Shown in pieces: positions 48,438 to 57,320 of a stretch of DNA of 64,000 bases. A model generated the notes under the pieces. The model was not told the DNA's origin and made no database searches. It saw only the letters and a program-made list of their open reading frames with translations. The position numbers and the translations under genes were made by a program. The first letter of the stretch is position 1. Each line of letters starts with the position of its first letter. The DNA comes from Rikenellaceae bacterium (GTDB lineage: Bacteria > Bacteroidota > Bacteroidia > Bacteroidales > Rikenellaceae). The stretch lies in NCBI GenBank assembly GCA_044433365.1, contig JAWXTR010000001.1, positions 44,860 through 108,859 of the forward strand. The letters run 5' to 3'.

Positions 48438-48965
48438 TTATTGTCGTTTAAGACGCATTATCTCCTCAATTCGAACTGCAAAGTAAACACTTTTTTCTGG
48501 ATTTTTCAAACTTAATTTAAGATAAATCTCTTTTGCACGTGTATATTGCTGCTGAGAGACTAAAATTTCTGCAAATTGTTCAGAAATTATATCATCTTTT
48601 TCACTATTTGCACATAAATCTGCAACTTTTAGGTCGTTTTCAAAATTTTTGATTTTTGGAATTTTCTTATCCAAAAAGGTGTTTATCACATCCATTGAGT
48701 CGGATTTATGCTCCTCTCGAAGCTCACGATATCTGAGAAAACGACTCACTGCGCTATACGAATTTGCAGTTAAAGAAAGTGCATAGTCACGTTTTAACTC
48801 TCCAACCGACTTTACATCCATCACCTCATTTAAATCACGAATCAAAATGGCAGCAGCGAGCGAAAACCATCTATTTTCCTCTAAAATAGAGTTTACAAAT
48901 GGAATATCGAAATTGTCGCCAAGTACAATTGAGTTAAAATGTTTCTGTTTCTCTTTTTGAGTCAT
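48438..48965 (-). CDS. hypothetical protein (helical, TPR-like C-terminus)
   Basis: 175-aa ORF with ordinary codon usage, co-directional with secG and rnhA. No motif recognised. Confidence 0.55.
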   Translation of the reverse strand: MTQKEKQKHFNSIVLGDNFDIPFVNSILEENRWFSLAAAILIRDLNEVMDVKSVGELKRDYALSLTANSYSAVSRFLRYRELREEHKSDSMDVINTFLDKKIPKIKNFENDLKVADLCANSEKDDIISEQFAEILVSQQQYTRAKEIYLKLSLKNPEKSVYFAVRIEEIMRLKRQ

Positions 48966-48987
48966 AATTTTGAAATTTAAAACCCTG

Positions 48988-49467
48988 CTAAAACATGCCT
49001 GTCATACTACTATCTTCGACGTATCCTTTATCAACAAGAAGATTTTGAGAATCGGCAGCAGTTCGAGCTAAAATATCACAACGTTCGTTTTCAGGAATTG
49101 AGGCGTGACCCTTTACCCATACCATTTTTACGGTGTGGTGAGGGTAAATTTTCAAAAAACGTCGCCATAAATCTTCGTTTTTCTTCCCTGCAAATCCTTT
49201 TTTTTGCCAACCAAAAACCCACCCTTTTTCAATAGAATTTACAACATAACTACTATCGGTATAGATTGTTACATTAGATTTTTCGATTTTCAAACTCTCC
49301 AATGCCACAATTACTGCTAGTAGCTCCATACGGTTGTTGGTGGTGTGCTCATACCCCTGTGAAAGCTCTTTACGGTGTGGTCCCGACATTAAAACTATGC
49401 CATAACCTCCTCTACCAGGGTTTCCTAAAGCCGACCCATCGGTATAAATTGTAATATTTACGCTCAC
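48988..49467 (-). CDS. rnhA: ribonuclease HI
   Basis: 159 aa. IYTDGSALGNPG, TNNRMEL, TDSSYV, WVKGHA..NE.CD (DEDD catalytic pattern). Confidence 0.9.
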   Translation of the reverse strand: MSVNITIYTDGSALGNPGRGGYGIVLMSGPHRKELSQGYEHTTNNRMELLAVIVALESLKIEKSNVTIYTDSSYVVNSIEKGWVFGWQKKGFAGKKNEDLWRRFLKIYPHHTVKMVWVKGHASIPENERCDILARTAADSQNLLVDKGYVEDSSMTGMF

Positions 49468-49545
49468 TTATTATTTTTTTGTTACCTTGCAAAGGTATGA
49501 TTTTTTATCATTTTATAGGCAAATTTATAAAATACTTTATTTGCA

Positions 49546-49806
49546 TTAAGCATAATTAGATATTAAGAACTTAATAAGCTCATTAATAGCCTTTGAGTTA
49601 TGACGTATATCAAAATTTGAGTTAAAAACAATATTGAATACTATAGGGAATATAACCCCTTTTGCATCATCTATATCATCACCCCATTGATATATATTAT
49701 TATGAATTAAACATTCAGCAATCGTATCCCTTAAAATATGAATAAATTGATAATCGGCACAAAATGTTTGCTCATCGGTAATAGCTTCTACAAACTCCAT
49801 TTCCAT
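49546..49806 (-). CDS. small hypothetical protein
   Basis: Start taken at MEMEFVEAI. The 48 upstream codons of the track ORF overlap the structured segment 49876-50013 and look non-coding. Confidence 0.4.
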   Translation of the reverse strand: MEMEFVEAITDEQTFCADYQFIHILRDTIAECLIHNNIYQWGDDIDDAKGVIFPIVFNIVFNSNFDIRHNSKAINELIKFLISNYA

Positions 49807-49875
49807 TATAATTTTTTTTAAATGTAAACAAACTGTAAACGGAAAAATGAAAACCGGTAGTTTCACTAACCCGTT

Positions 49876-50013
49876 GCTATACACCGATGAAGGCAGTAGG
49901 TACATTAATACTCTACACGGGGCGAAACCACCGTATAGAGTATAGCACAAACAATAAAATTTGTTTGTGTTGATTAATGTAGGCGGATTCTCGCCCTCAT
50001 CTGTATGTATAGC
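49876..50013 (-). ncRNA. candidate structured ncRNA (four nested/adjacent helices), family unknown
   Basis: Plus-strand coordinates: 49876-83/50006-13 (8 bp), 49886-94/49993-50001 (9 bp), 49901-09/49973-81 (9 bp). These enclose hairpins 49910-20/49931-41 (11 bp) and 49946-54/49961-69 (9 bp). Both non-Watson-Crick positions are G-U on the minus strand. Confidence 0.35.
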
Positions 50014-50047
50014 ACCGCAAAGATAGTAAAAAGATTTTTAAAATAAA

Positions 50048-50117
50048 GGGGAGTTATAAAAATTTGTTTTTTTGATTTTTCTTTTAAGGTTTTAGGTTTG
50101 GATTTTTAGAAGTTCCC
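50048..50117. repeat. GGGAAC-family variant (GGGGAGTTATAAAAA...TTTAGAAGTTCCC)
   Basis: Family termini with a divergent T-rich interior. Confidence 0.65.
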
Positions 50118-50194
50118 TAAAATTATGCAGAATATAAAATGAAGGCAACCCTAAGCAGATTACCCCCATTTGTATTTATATATTTTCAAAAATA

Positions 50195-50713
50195 CTAATC
50201 CTCACTATACCAACTAGAATACATCAAATAGTCGTTAGCAATTCGTTCGATAATATCACGATTTTGCTCTGGATCTACTGTTTTTATCTTTTTGGCAGGT
50301 ACTCCCGCCCAGATTGTGCCAGCTTCGACACGAGTTCCAGTCAAAATAAGAGCATTTGCCGCCACAATCGACCCTTTTTCGATAACTGCATTATCGAGCA
50401 CTACAGCACCCATTCCAATAAGGCAATTATCTTCGATTGTAGCACCGTGAATCACTGCATTATGACCAATCGACACATTATTACCGATTGTGGTAGTCGA
50501 TTTTTTGTAGAGCGTGTGAATCACCGCACCATCTTGAATATTAACTCTATTGCCTACAGTAATTGTGTTTACATCGCCACGAAGAACTGCATTAAACCAG
50601 ATGCTACACTCTTTCCCGATTGTAACATCGCCAATAATTGTAGCATTTTCAGATAGATACACCCCCTCAGCAATTTTTGGAGTGATACCTCTTACCTCTT
50701 TTATAAGTGCCAT
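50195..50713 (-). CDS. gamma-carbonic-anhydrase-like hexapeptide-repeat (LbH) protein
   Basis: 172 aa. Left-handed beta-helix hexapeptide repeats and the His triad region (..LRGD..I.IG..VNIQDG.VIH..). Confidence 0.8.
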   Translation of the reverse strand: MALIKEVRGITPKIAEGVYLSENATIIGDVTIGKECSIWFNAVLRGDVNTITVGNRVNIQDGAVIHTLYKKSTTTIGNNVSIGHNAVIHGATIEDNCLIGMGAVVLDNAVIEKGSIVAANALILTGTRVEAGTIWAGVPAKKIKTVDPEQNRDIIERIANDYLMYSSWYSED

Positions 50714-50719
50714 TATTTC

Positions 50720-50751
50720 AATTATGAATTATGAATTACGAATTATGAATT
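50720..50751 (+). repeat. heptanucleotide satellite array spanning the mazG/LbH junction
   Basis: AATTATGAATTATGAATTACGAATTATGAATT. Encodes the last codons and stop of mazG. Confidence 0.95.
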
Positions 50752-51527
50752 GCGCATTCCAGCTTTTTGGCTTCATCCCAAAGCTCGTCCATCTGCTCCA
50801 AGCTGAGCGAAGATATATCGCCACTGACCGATGTTTCGATATGGTTAAAACGTGAGATAAATTTGCGATTAGAGCGTTCTAAAGCATTTTCGGGGTCGAT
50901 ACCATATTTTCTTGCACAATTTACAATTGAAAATAGTACATCGCCCATTTCTGCCTCCATTTTATCTCTATCCATAGCCTTAGCTTCGGCTTCAAACTCA
51001 GTAATCTCCTCATGTAGCTTATCAAATGCACTATCAACTTGTGGCCAATCAAACCCAACAGATGCAGCCTTTTGCTGAATACGATAAGATTTAATTAGAG
51101 CAGGTAGAGCCGATGGAACACCCGACAAAGTACCCTGTTTTTTAGGCTCTCGACCCTCTTTTTCACTTTTTTTAATCTGCTCCCAATTTTTTACAACCTC
51201 ATCGCTTCCGTCAACGCTTTGACCAGCAAAAACATGAGGATGGCGACGGATTAATTTAGAGTTTACACCCTCAATTACATCCGATATATTAAATTCGCCC
51301 TTTTCATCGCCCATTTTTGCATAAAATACGATATGTAGAAGCATATCGCCAAGCTCTTCGCAAATATTAGGATAATCGCCATTATTTATTGCATCAATAA
51401 GCTCAAAACACTCCTCTACAGTGTTGCTTTTAAGCGAATCGAAGGTCTGTTTTCTATCCCAAGGGCATTCAACTCTGAGGCGGTCAAGAACCTCCAAAAG
51501 AGTCGAAAAATCACGTAAATTTTCCAT
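50736..51527 (-). CDS. mazG: nucleoside triphosphate pyrophosphohydrolase MazG
   Basis: 263 aa. Two MazG EExxE-type repeats (TVEECFELIDA..EELGD and LHEEITEFEAE..EMGD). Confidence 0.88.
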   Translation of the reverse strand: MENLRDFSTLLEVLDRLRVECPWDRKQTFDSLKSNTVEECFELIDAINNGDYPNICEELGDMLLHIVFYAKMGDEKGEFNISDVIEGVNSKLIRRHPHVFAGQSVDGSDEVVKNWEQIKKSEKEGREPKKQGTLSGVPSALPALIKSYRIQQKAASVGFDWPQVDSAFDKLHEEITEFEAEAKAMDRDKMEAEMGDVLFSIVNCARKYGIDPENALERSNRKFISRFNHIETSVSGDISSLSLEQMDELWDEAKKLECAIHNS

Positions 51528-51533
51528 ATTTTT

Positions 51534-51574
51534 AATAATTATGCATTATGAATTATGCATTATGAATTGTAATT
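51534..51574 (+). repeat. heptanucleotide satellite array in the rluA-like/mazG spacer
   Basis: AATAATTATGCATTATGAATTATGCATTATGAATTGTAATT. Confidence 0.95.
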
Positions 51575-52577
51575 ACAAAAGTGAGCTAAACTTACGAGGT
51601 ATAGCCGATTCAAAATTCATCTCCTCTTCAGTTACAGGGTGAATAAATCGAATTTGGCGAGCGTGCAGAGCTACACGATTAATTGGAGATTGCGGTCCAC
51701 CATATTTTTTATCACCAATAATAGGACAACCAAGCTCTTTCATGTGAACACGAATTTGGTTCTTTTTGCCTGTTTCAAGCTCTAATTCCATCATTGAAGC
51801 ATACTTCCCACGCTTTAATACCTTATAGAAAGTTGTAGCTTTTTCCCCTTTTCTAGGGTCTTGCGAAGAGTAAACTTTCAGGGCTTTAGTCTCACCAAGA
51901 TAGCTAGTAATTTCGCCCTCATTTTTCTCTGGACTACCAGCGACAACAGCTATATACTTGCGTTCCAATACAATATCGTTCCAGTTTTGTTGGAGTTTAT
52001 GTTGAATTTCGATACTCTTAGCAAATAGCATTAAACCCGAGGTCTCTCTATCGAGACGATGCACGATAAAAATGCGTGAGCTACGCTCTTTCGACTTTAG
52101 ATACTCACTAAGAATGTAGTAAGCAGTCTTTTTACGCTCCTTTTCTGATGCCATCGAAAGCAGACCATTGCTTTTATATACAACTAGCAGATGGTCGTCC
52201 TCAAATACGATATTTAGTTTCGAGTGTTTAAGAGTCTCTTCTACCACACCGCTATTTAACACCACTTTATTACCTTTTTTAACAGGATAGTCGAATTGTG
52301 TCGATGGCACACCTTGTATAGTAATTTGTCGATTGCGAAGATACGATTTTATGGTTGTTTTGCTCTTTTCAGGCATTACAGAGCTTAAAAACTCCATAAG
52401 TGGCATATTTTTTTCAGCTACAAACTCACGGTTTTTTGACGTAGGTCGATTGCGCTTAGCTCTCGGAGTTTCAGTCGACTCTTCGTCGACCTCACTCATC
52501 ATCTGTTCGAACATTAAGTAATCATCTTCGTCCATCTCTTTAGGTATAGATGGCGTATCGTTGTGTTTTTTTATCAT
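51573..52577 (-). CDS. RluA-family pseudouridine synthase with S4 domain
   Basis: 334 aa. S4-like segment, then catalytic HRLDRETSGL and a KKY..L C-terminal motif. Confidence 0.85.
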   Translation of the reverse strand: MIKKHNDTPSIPKEMDEDDYLMFEQMMSEVDEESTETPRAKRNRPTSKNREFVAEKNMPLMEFLSSVMPEKSKTTIKSYLRNRQITIQGVPSTQFDYPVKKGNKVVLNSGVVEETLKHSKLNIVFEDDHLLVVYKSNGLLSMASEKERKKTAYYILSEYLKSKERSSRIFIVHRLDRETSGLMLFAKSIEIQHKLQQNWNDIVLERKYIAVVAGSPEKNEGEITSYLGETKALKVYSSQDPRKGEKATTFYKVLKRGKYASMMELELETGKKNQIRVHMKELGCPIIGDKKYGGPQSPINRVALHARQIRFIHPVTEEEMNFESAIPRKFSSLL

Positions 52578-52609
52578 TTATATTTTTTTTAAATTCCAAT
52601 TATTAGAGG

Positions 52610-53785
52610 TTACCTGTAAATCAAATAAGGCTCACGCTTAATTTTAAACAGCTCTACATCGCTACTCCAGCGAAGTCGTATCTGCTCAGCACTTTTACCC
52701 TCGATAATCATCTGGCGCACGTAGCTTACGCCGATAAGTTTTTCGAAGAAAGAGTTGAAGAATTTTGGATTTTTACCAAGAGTATTATAAGCCTCAATAA
52801 TATACTCCAAATTGACCCCTTTTTCGACTATTTCGCTGCGACTAAGCTCTGATAAATCACGACCATAGCAGAGTTTGTTCTGTTGCGGAGGATATTTTGC
52901 CCCCTCCGTAGAGCGAGGAGTAAACGAAAAGCTATAACCTTTCATATCTGGATGCCCAAATATTTTAAAAGGCTTAGAGGTGCCTCTACCTAGCGAAACA
53001 TCGGTTGCCTCGAAATAGCAAGTCGATGGATATAGGTAGATAGAGTTCATATCTGGTAGATTTGGTGATGGTTTAACAGGTAAAGCATAAAAATCGGCAC
53101 GAGAGTAGTTTTTGCACTCTATAACACTCATTTTCAGGCTTTCACCACCCGAAATCCAACCCTCCCCAACAGCCATTTTAGCCAATTCGCCAGCTGTCAT
53201 ACCATAAACTACAGGTATAGGAAATTCGCCCACAAAAGAGTTGTGGCGACTCTCTAGTACTGGTCCATCGGTGTAAAATCCATTAGGATTTGGACGGTCG
53301 AAGATAATAAAATGGCGGTTATATTTTGCTGCCGCCTCCATGCAGTGCTTCATAGTAGAGATATATGTAAAATAGCGCACCCCTACATCCTGCAAATCGT
53401 AAATGAGCACCTCACAACCTTTCATAATAGCCTCCGAAGGGGCTTTATTAGCACCATAAAGCGATGCAACTTTAATTCCAGTTTTTGAGTCACGCCCATC
53501 GACCACCTTTTCGCCAGCATCGGCATCACCTCTAAATCCATGCTCTGGCGAGAGGATATACTCTATATCCACCCCAAGCGACACCAATTTGTCGACAAGA
53601 TGCACGCTACCGCTATAAAGAGTGGTTTGATTAGCAATAATTGCCACCTTTTTCCCCTTAATCAGAGGTAGGTATTCATCTAAATTTTCACACCCCACTT
53701 GTATTTGACCATAAGAGAGAACACTTTGCAGCAAACAAATTATGGTTAAAAGGTATAGAAGCGTAACTTTAAGTGATTTAACCAT
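52610..53785 (-). CDS. DUF1343 / NamZ-type exo-beta-N-acetylmuramidase family protein
   Basis: 391 aa. Signal peptide. PEHGFRG, DLQDVG.R.YTY and FDRPNP as recalled for DUF1343. Confidence 0.7.
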   Translation of the reverse strand: MVKSLKVTLLYLLTIICLLQSVLSYGQIQVGCENLDEYLPLIKGKKVAIIANQTTLYSGSVHLVDKLVSLGVDIEYILSPEHGFRGDADAGEKVVDGRDSKTGIKVASLYGANKAPSEAIMKGCEVLIYDLQDVGVRYFTYISTMKHCMEAAAKYNRHFIIFDRPNPNGFYTDGPVLESRHNSFVGEFPIPVVYGMTAGELAKMAVGEGWISGGESLKMSVIECKNYSRADFYALPVKPSPNLPDMNSIYLYPSTCYFEATDVSLGRGTSKPFKIFGHPDMKGYSFSFTPRSTEGAKYPPQQNKLCYGRDLSELSRSEIVEKGVNLEYIIEAYNTLGKNPKFFNSFFEKLIGVSYVRQMIIEGKSAEQIRLRWSSDVELFKIKREPYLIYR

Positions 53786-55040
53786 TTAGTTTTGTCTTTT
53801 TATTGAAAATATATAAGCCAATTGCAGTAGCAATTCCAATTAACGAGAACGACAACCAAAGCAGTTGAACATTTTGGACTGTTTCGGTAAAATAGACATA
53901 CATTGCAGCACCAAGCACACCTGCGATAGCACTACCGATAACACTAGTTAAGAAAGAGTAGCCCATATATAGAGCCTTTTTATCCTCAGGAGCAATTAAA
54001 CCCACATAAGAGCTATATTTAGGATGTGCAGTCATCTCTCCAACAGAGAAAATCATAATACCAGCGATAAATACCCAAACATTAGAAGAGAAAGCAAGAA
54101 TAGCCATACCAATAGTGCCAATAATAACTCCAGTAATGATGGTAGGAAGAGCATTAAAACGCTTAACAATATTAGAAATTACAAGTTGAAGAACAATAAT
54201 AGTAAAGGCGTTCATTACTGTAACATGTTCAATATCAAATTTCCAAGATGGATTATCGATAAACATTCCTAAAAATCCATTAACAGCTGTATCTATTGGA
54301 GTTGTATCTATATATTCGTCCAAATACCAAAGTACTGTGCCAAACATTTGGAAATACAAAACCCAAAAACCAGCATAAATCACCACCAAAGCCATAAATT
54401 TCTTATCAGTGAGCACGCTAAGAGTAGCTTTAAGCACATCTTCTACCGATTGTTCATTCTTAGGGCGAGCAGGCTCTTTATAGATAAATAGATTTACAAA
54501 AATCAGCAGTCCAGTACAGATAGCAGCAAGGTAGAAGATATAGTTCCAAGCAATACCTTTAAGAATTGGCACCAAAATAAGAGGAAATAGAAACGAACCC
54601 AAGTTTACCGACATATAAAATATACCAAAACCCAACGTACTATTAGCCTTGCTGGTTTCGTGAGCAATTGTACCCGAAACAATAGGTTTAAACATTCCTG
54701 CACCCACTGCCATAACCAGTAACGAGGCGAAAACCAGAGGATAAGAGCTACTCATACCAGTTAAGAAGTAGCCAAGCGACATCATAACAAAAGCGATACC
54801 CAAAAGGAAACGATAGCCCAATTTTTCGGCAAAAGCACCCGAAATAATTGGTACAAGATAGATAATCGGAGTGATAATACTCTGAATTACACCGACGCTC
54901 TCTTTCGAAAATCCAAGCCCACCCTCAGCTGTGCTCATTGAGAGGTAGATTGCTAAAATACTCATTACTCCGTAGTATGAACCACGCTCGGTAAACTCCA
55001 TTCCGATTACCGTCCAGAAATTTTTAGAAAATTTATTCAT
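53778..55040 (-). CDS. MFS transporter with POT/PTR2-like signature
   Basis: 420 aa, about 12 TM. EFTERGSYYG resembles the POT ExxERFxYYG motif. 8-nt overlap with the NamZ-like gene. Confidence 0.75.
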   Translation of the reverse strand: MNKFSKNFWTVIGMEFTERGSYYGVMSILAIYLSMSTAEGGLGFSKESVGVIQSIITPIIYLVPIISGAFAEKLGYRFLLGIAFVMMSLGYFLTGMSSSYPLVFASLLVMAVGAGMFKPIVSGTIAHETSKANSTLGFGIFYMSVNLGSFLFPLILVPILKGIAWNYIFYLAAICTGLLIFVNLFIYKEPARPKNEQSVEDVLKATLSVLTDKKFMALVVIYAGFWVLYFQMFGTVLWYLDEYIDTTPIDTAVNGFLGMFIDNPSWKFDIEHVTVMNAFTIIVLQLVISNIVKRFNALPTIITGVIIGTIGMAILAFSSNVWVFIAGIMIFSVGEMTAHPKYSSYVGLIAPEDKKALYMGYSFLTSVIGSAIAGVLGAAMYVYFTETVQNVQLLWLSFSLIGIATAIGLYIFNKKTKLNG

Positions 55041-55043
55041 CTT

Positions 55044-55101
55044 ATATGAATTATAAATTATAAATTATGAATTACGCATTATGAATTACGCATTATGAAT
55101 T
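55044..55101 (+). repeat. heptanucleotide satellite array filling the aminotransferase/MFS spacer
   Basis: About 8 units (AATTATA, AATTATG, AATTACG, CATTATG). Confidence 0.95.
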
Positions 55102-56275
55102 AAATCTCGCACGCTTTAAGTAAAATAGAGCAACAGCTACGAATCTCATCCTCACTAATAATCAGCGGAGGAGCCACACGCAAAGCATCAGTGCAAAACA
55201 AAAACCCCTCGGTTACAACCCCCATATCTACAGCACGAGCCACAATCTTATCACGAACCTCTTCCGAGCCAAAATCCATCGCTATCATCAATCCACATCG
55301 ACGAATCTCTTTAAGATTTTTAGCATTTTTCAGTAAGTCGTAAAAAAGCTGAGATTTACTTTCAATCGCATCAAGCAGTTTCTCATCCTCAATATATTCA
55401 ATCGCTGCCAAACCTGCTGCTGCCGACACTGGATGACCTCCAAAAGTGGTGATATGCCCCAAAACAGGGTTAAAAGTCAAGGTATCCATCATCTCTTTAG
55501 TTGCAGCAAACCCCCCAAGTGGCATTCCGCCGCCCATAGCCTTTGCCATACATATAATATCGGGTTTCACCCCGATTTTCTCCCAAGCAAACATCTTTCC
55601 AGTACGTCCAAAACCTGTTTGAATCTCATCAAAGATAAGAAGAGTGCCAGTTTCATCGCATTTTTGGCGCAATGCAGCGATAAATTCAGCGGTAGGAATA
55701 CGAAAACCGCCCTCACCCTGAATAGGCTCAATAATCACAGCAGCAGTGCGCTCTGAAATAGCCGAAAGTGAGTCGATATCGTTAAAAACAATCTGACCAA
55801 CATCGGGAAGCAGCGGACGGAAGCTATTTTTGAAAAATTCGCTCCCCATTATGCTTAACGCCCCTTGCGTAGAGCCGTGATAGCTATTTTTGCATGATAT
55901 TAACTCCGTGCGCCCTGTATATCGTTTAGCTAATTTCATTGCACCCTCAATAGCCTCACTACCAGAGTTTACAAGATATATATTGTCGATGCCATCGGGT
56001 AGATATTTCGAGATTTTTCGAGCAATTTCGATTTGAGGAGTCTGTATCATCTCACCATACACCATAAGGTGCATATATTTTTGAGCCTGCGCACACACCG
56101 CCTCTACAACTCTCTTGTTTGAGTGCCCAACATTACTAACCGACACCCCCGATATTAAATCTATGTAACGACGATTATCAGGCGAATATAGGTATATCCC
56201 CTCAGCTCTTTCAACCTCAATTCCCATCGGTTTTGGGGAGGTTTGCCCCACATATCGTAAAAAATATTTTATCAT
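55100..56275 (-). CDS. class III PLP aminotransferase (acetylornithine/GABA aminotransferase-like)
   Basis: 391 aa. SGSEA.EGA.KLA, DEIQTGFGRTGK, MAKAMGGG (PLP Lys). Confidence 0.85.
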   Translation of the reverse strand: MIKYFLRYVGQTSPKPMGIEVERAEGIYLYSPDNRRYIDLISGVSVSNVGHSNKRVVEAVCAQAQKYMHLMVYGEMIQTPQIEIARKISKYLPDGIDNIYLVNSGSEAIEGAMKLAKRYTGRTELISCKNSYHGSTQGALSIMGSEFFKNSFRPLLPDVGQIVFNDIDSLSAISERTAAVIIEPIQGEGGFRIPTAEFIAALRQKCDETGTLLIFDEIQTGFGRTGKMFAWEKIGVKPDIICMAKAMGGGMPLGGFAATKEMMDTLTFNPVLGHITTFGGHPVSAAAGLAAIEYIEDEKLLDAIESKSQLFYDLLKNAKNLKEIRRCGLMIAMDFGSEEVRDKIVARAVDMGVVTEGFLFCTDALRVAPPLIISEDEIRSCCSILLKACEI

Positions 56276-56284
56276 ATCAAATAA

Positions 56285-56992
56285 TTATAAGATTTCACCA
56301 TCACGAAATTTTTGTAAAATACGCTCAGCATCACGCACCGAATAGCGCATCCACCGATGAAGCAGCTCTTTCTGCTTACGCTCACTTAGTTGCCATGCAA
56401 TATCGCTACTACGAACCCTATCCATAATAGTTTGAATCATTATCGCAGCACAAACGCTTACATTCAAGCTCTCAACAAAGCCATACATCGGAATTTTAAT
56501 AAAACTATCAGCGTTTTGCTCCAACTCTTTGCTAATACCCTGTTTTTCGGTTCCAAAAAATAGGGCAATAGGCTCAGAAATATCGAGGGTTTGAGGGGTA
56601 TAATCCACTTCATGAGGCGTTGCAGCCACTATTTTATACCCTTTCGAGCGTAGAGTGTTGATAATATCGGTAGTTGAGGTATTTTTAGGGTAGTGGTTGA
56701 TATCTACCCACTTATCACTGCCCTTTACAATATTTACATTTGGACGAAAATGAGTTAAATTTTCGACAACGTGCACATTTTGAAGCCCAAATGCCTCACA
56801 CGAACGAATTATAGCACTTGCATTTTGAGGATGGAAAATATTTTCGACACAAACGGTCATGTAGTTAGTTCTTAGCTTCGTAGTTTGGCAAAGCGTATCA
56901 AAACGCTCACTACCCATAAATCGGCTAAGAAACTCAACTTCTCTATCAATTGTTTCGGTATCTATCCCTTCTAAAGTACTTTCGGTTTTCAT
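56285..56992 (-). CDS. SpoU/TrmH family RNA 2'-O-methyltransferase
   Basis: Start at MKTESTLEG. NASAIIRSCEAFG, FGTEKQGIS, IPMYGFVESLNVSV. Confidence 0.82.
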   Translation of the reverse strand: MKTESTLEGIDTETIDREVEFLSRFMGSERFDTLCQTTKLRTNYMTVCVENIFHPQNASAIIRSCEAFGLQNVHVVENLTHFRPNVNIVKGSDKWVDINHYPKNTSTTDIINTLRSKGYKIVAATPHEVDYTPQTLDISEPIALFFGTEKQGISKELEQNADSFIKIPMYGFVESLNVSVCAAIMIQTIMDRVRSSDIAWQLSERKQKELLHRWMRYSVRDAERILQKFRDGEIL

Positions 56993-57110
56993 GAAAAAAT
57001 GGTTGGTGATTAATGCTAACAATTTTGCAAAGTTAATTTAATTTTTCAAGAAAAACTATCCTCTCAACACTTTACCCCAAAACATAAATGCAAACCAACT
57101 AATTAATAAT

Positions 57111-57300
57111 GCGAATAAAGGTTTGAAATTTTTGAGCTATTTTGAGCTATTTTTGCAATTTGAGTTATATAAAAATAACTTTTGTTAATGCTTTTTTAGA
57201 AAAAGCACGCCCAAAGGGCTGGCAAAAATTGCTGAGTTTTCACTCACGGCTTCGCTCCGCTCGCTAAAAGCGGAAGAAGGTTTTTCAAACCTTTATTGGC
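57111..57300. mobile_element. M190 palindromic-terminus element, full copy
   Basis: GCGAATAAAGGTTTGAAA ... TTTCAAACCTTTATTGGC. Interior matches 25918-26104. Confidence 0.8.
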
Positions 57301-57320
57301 ATTAATCATTTATAATTAAA

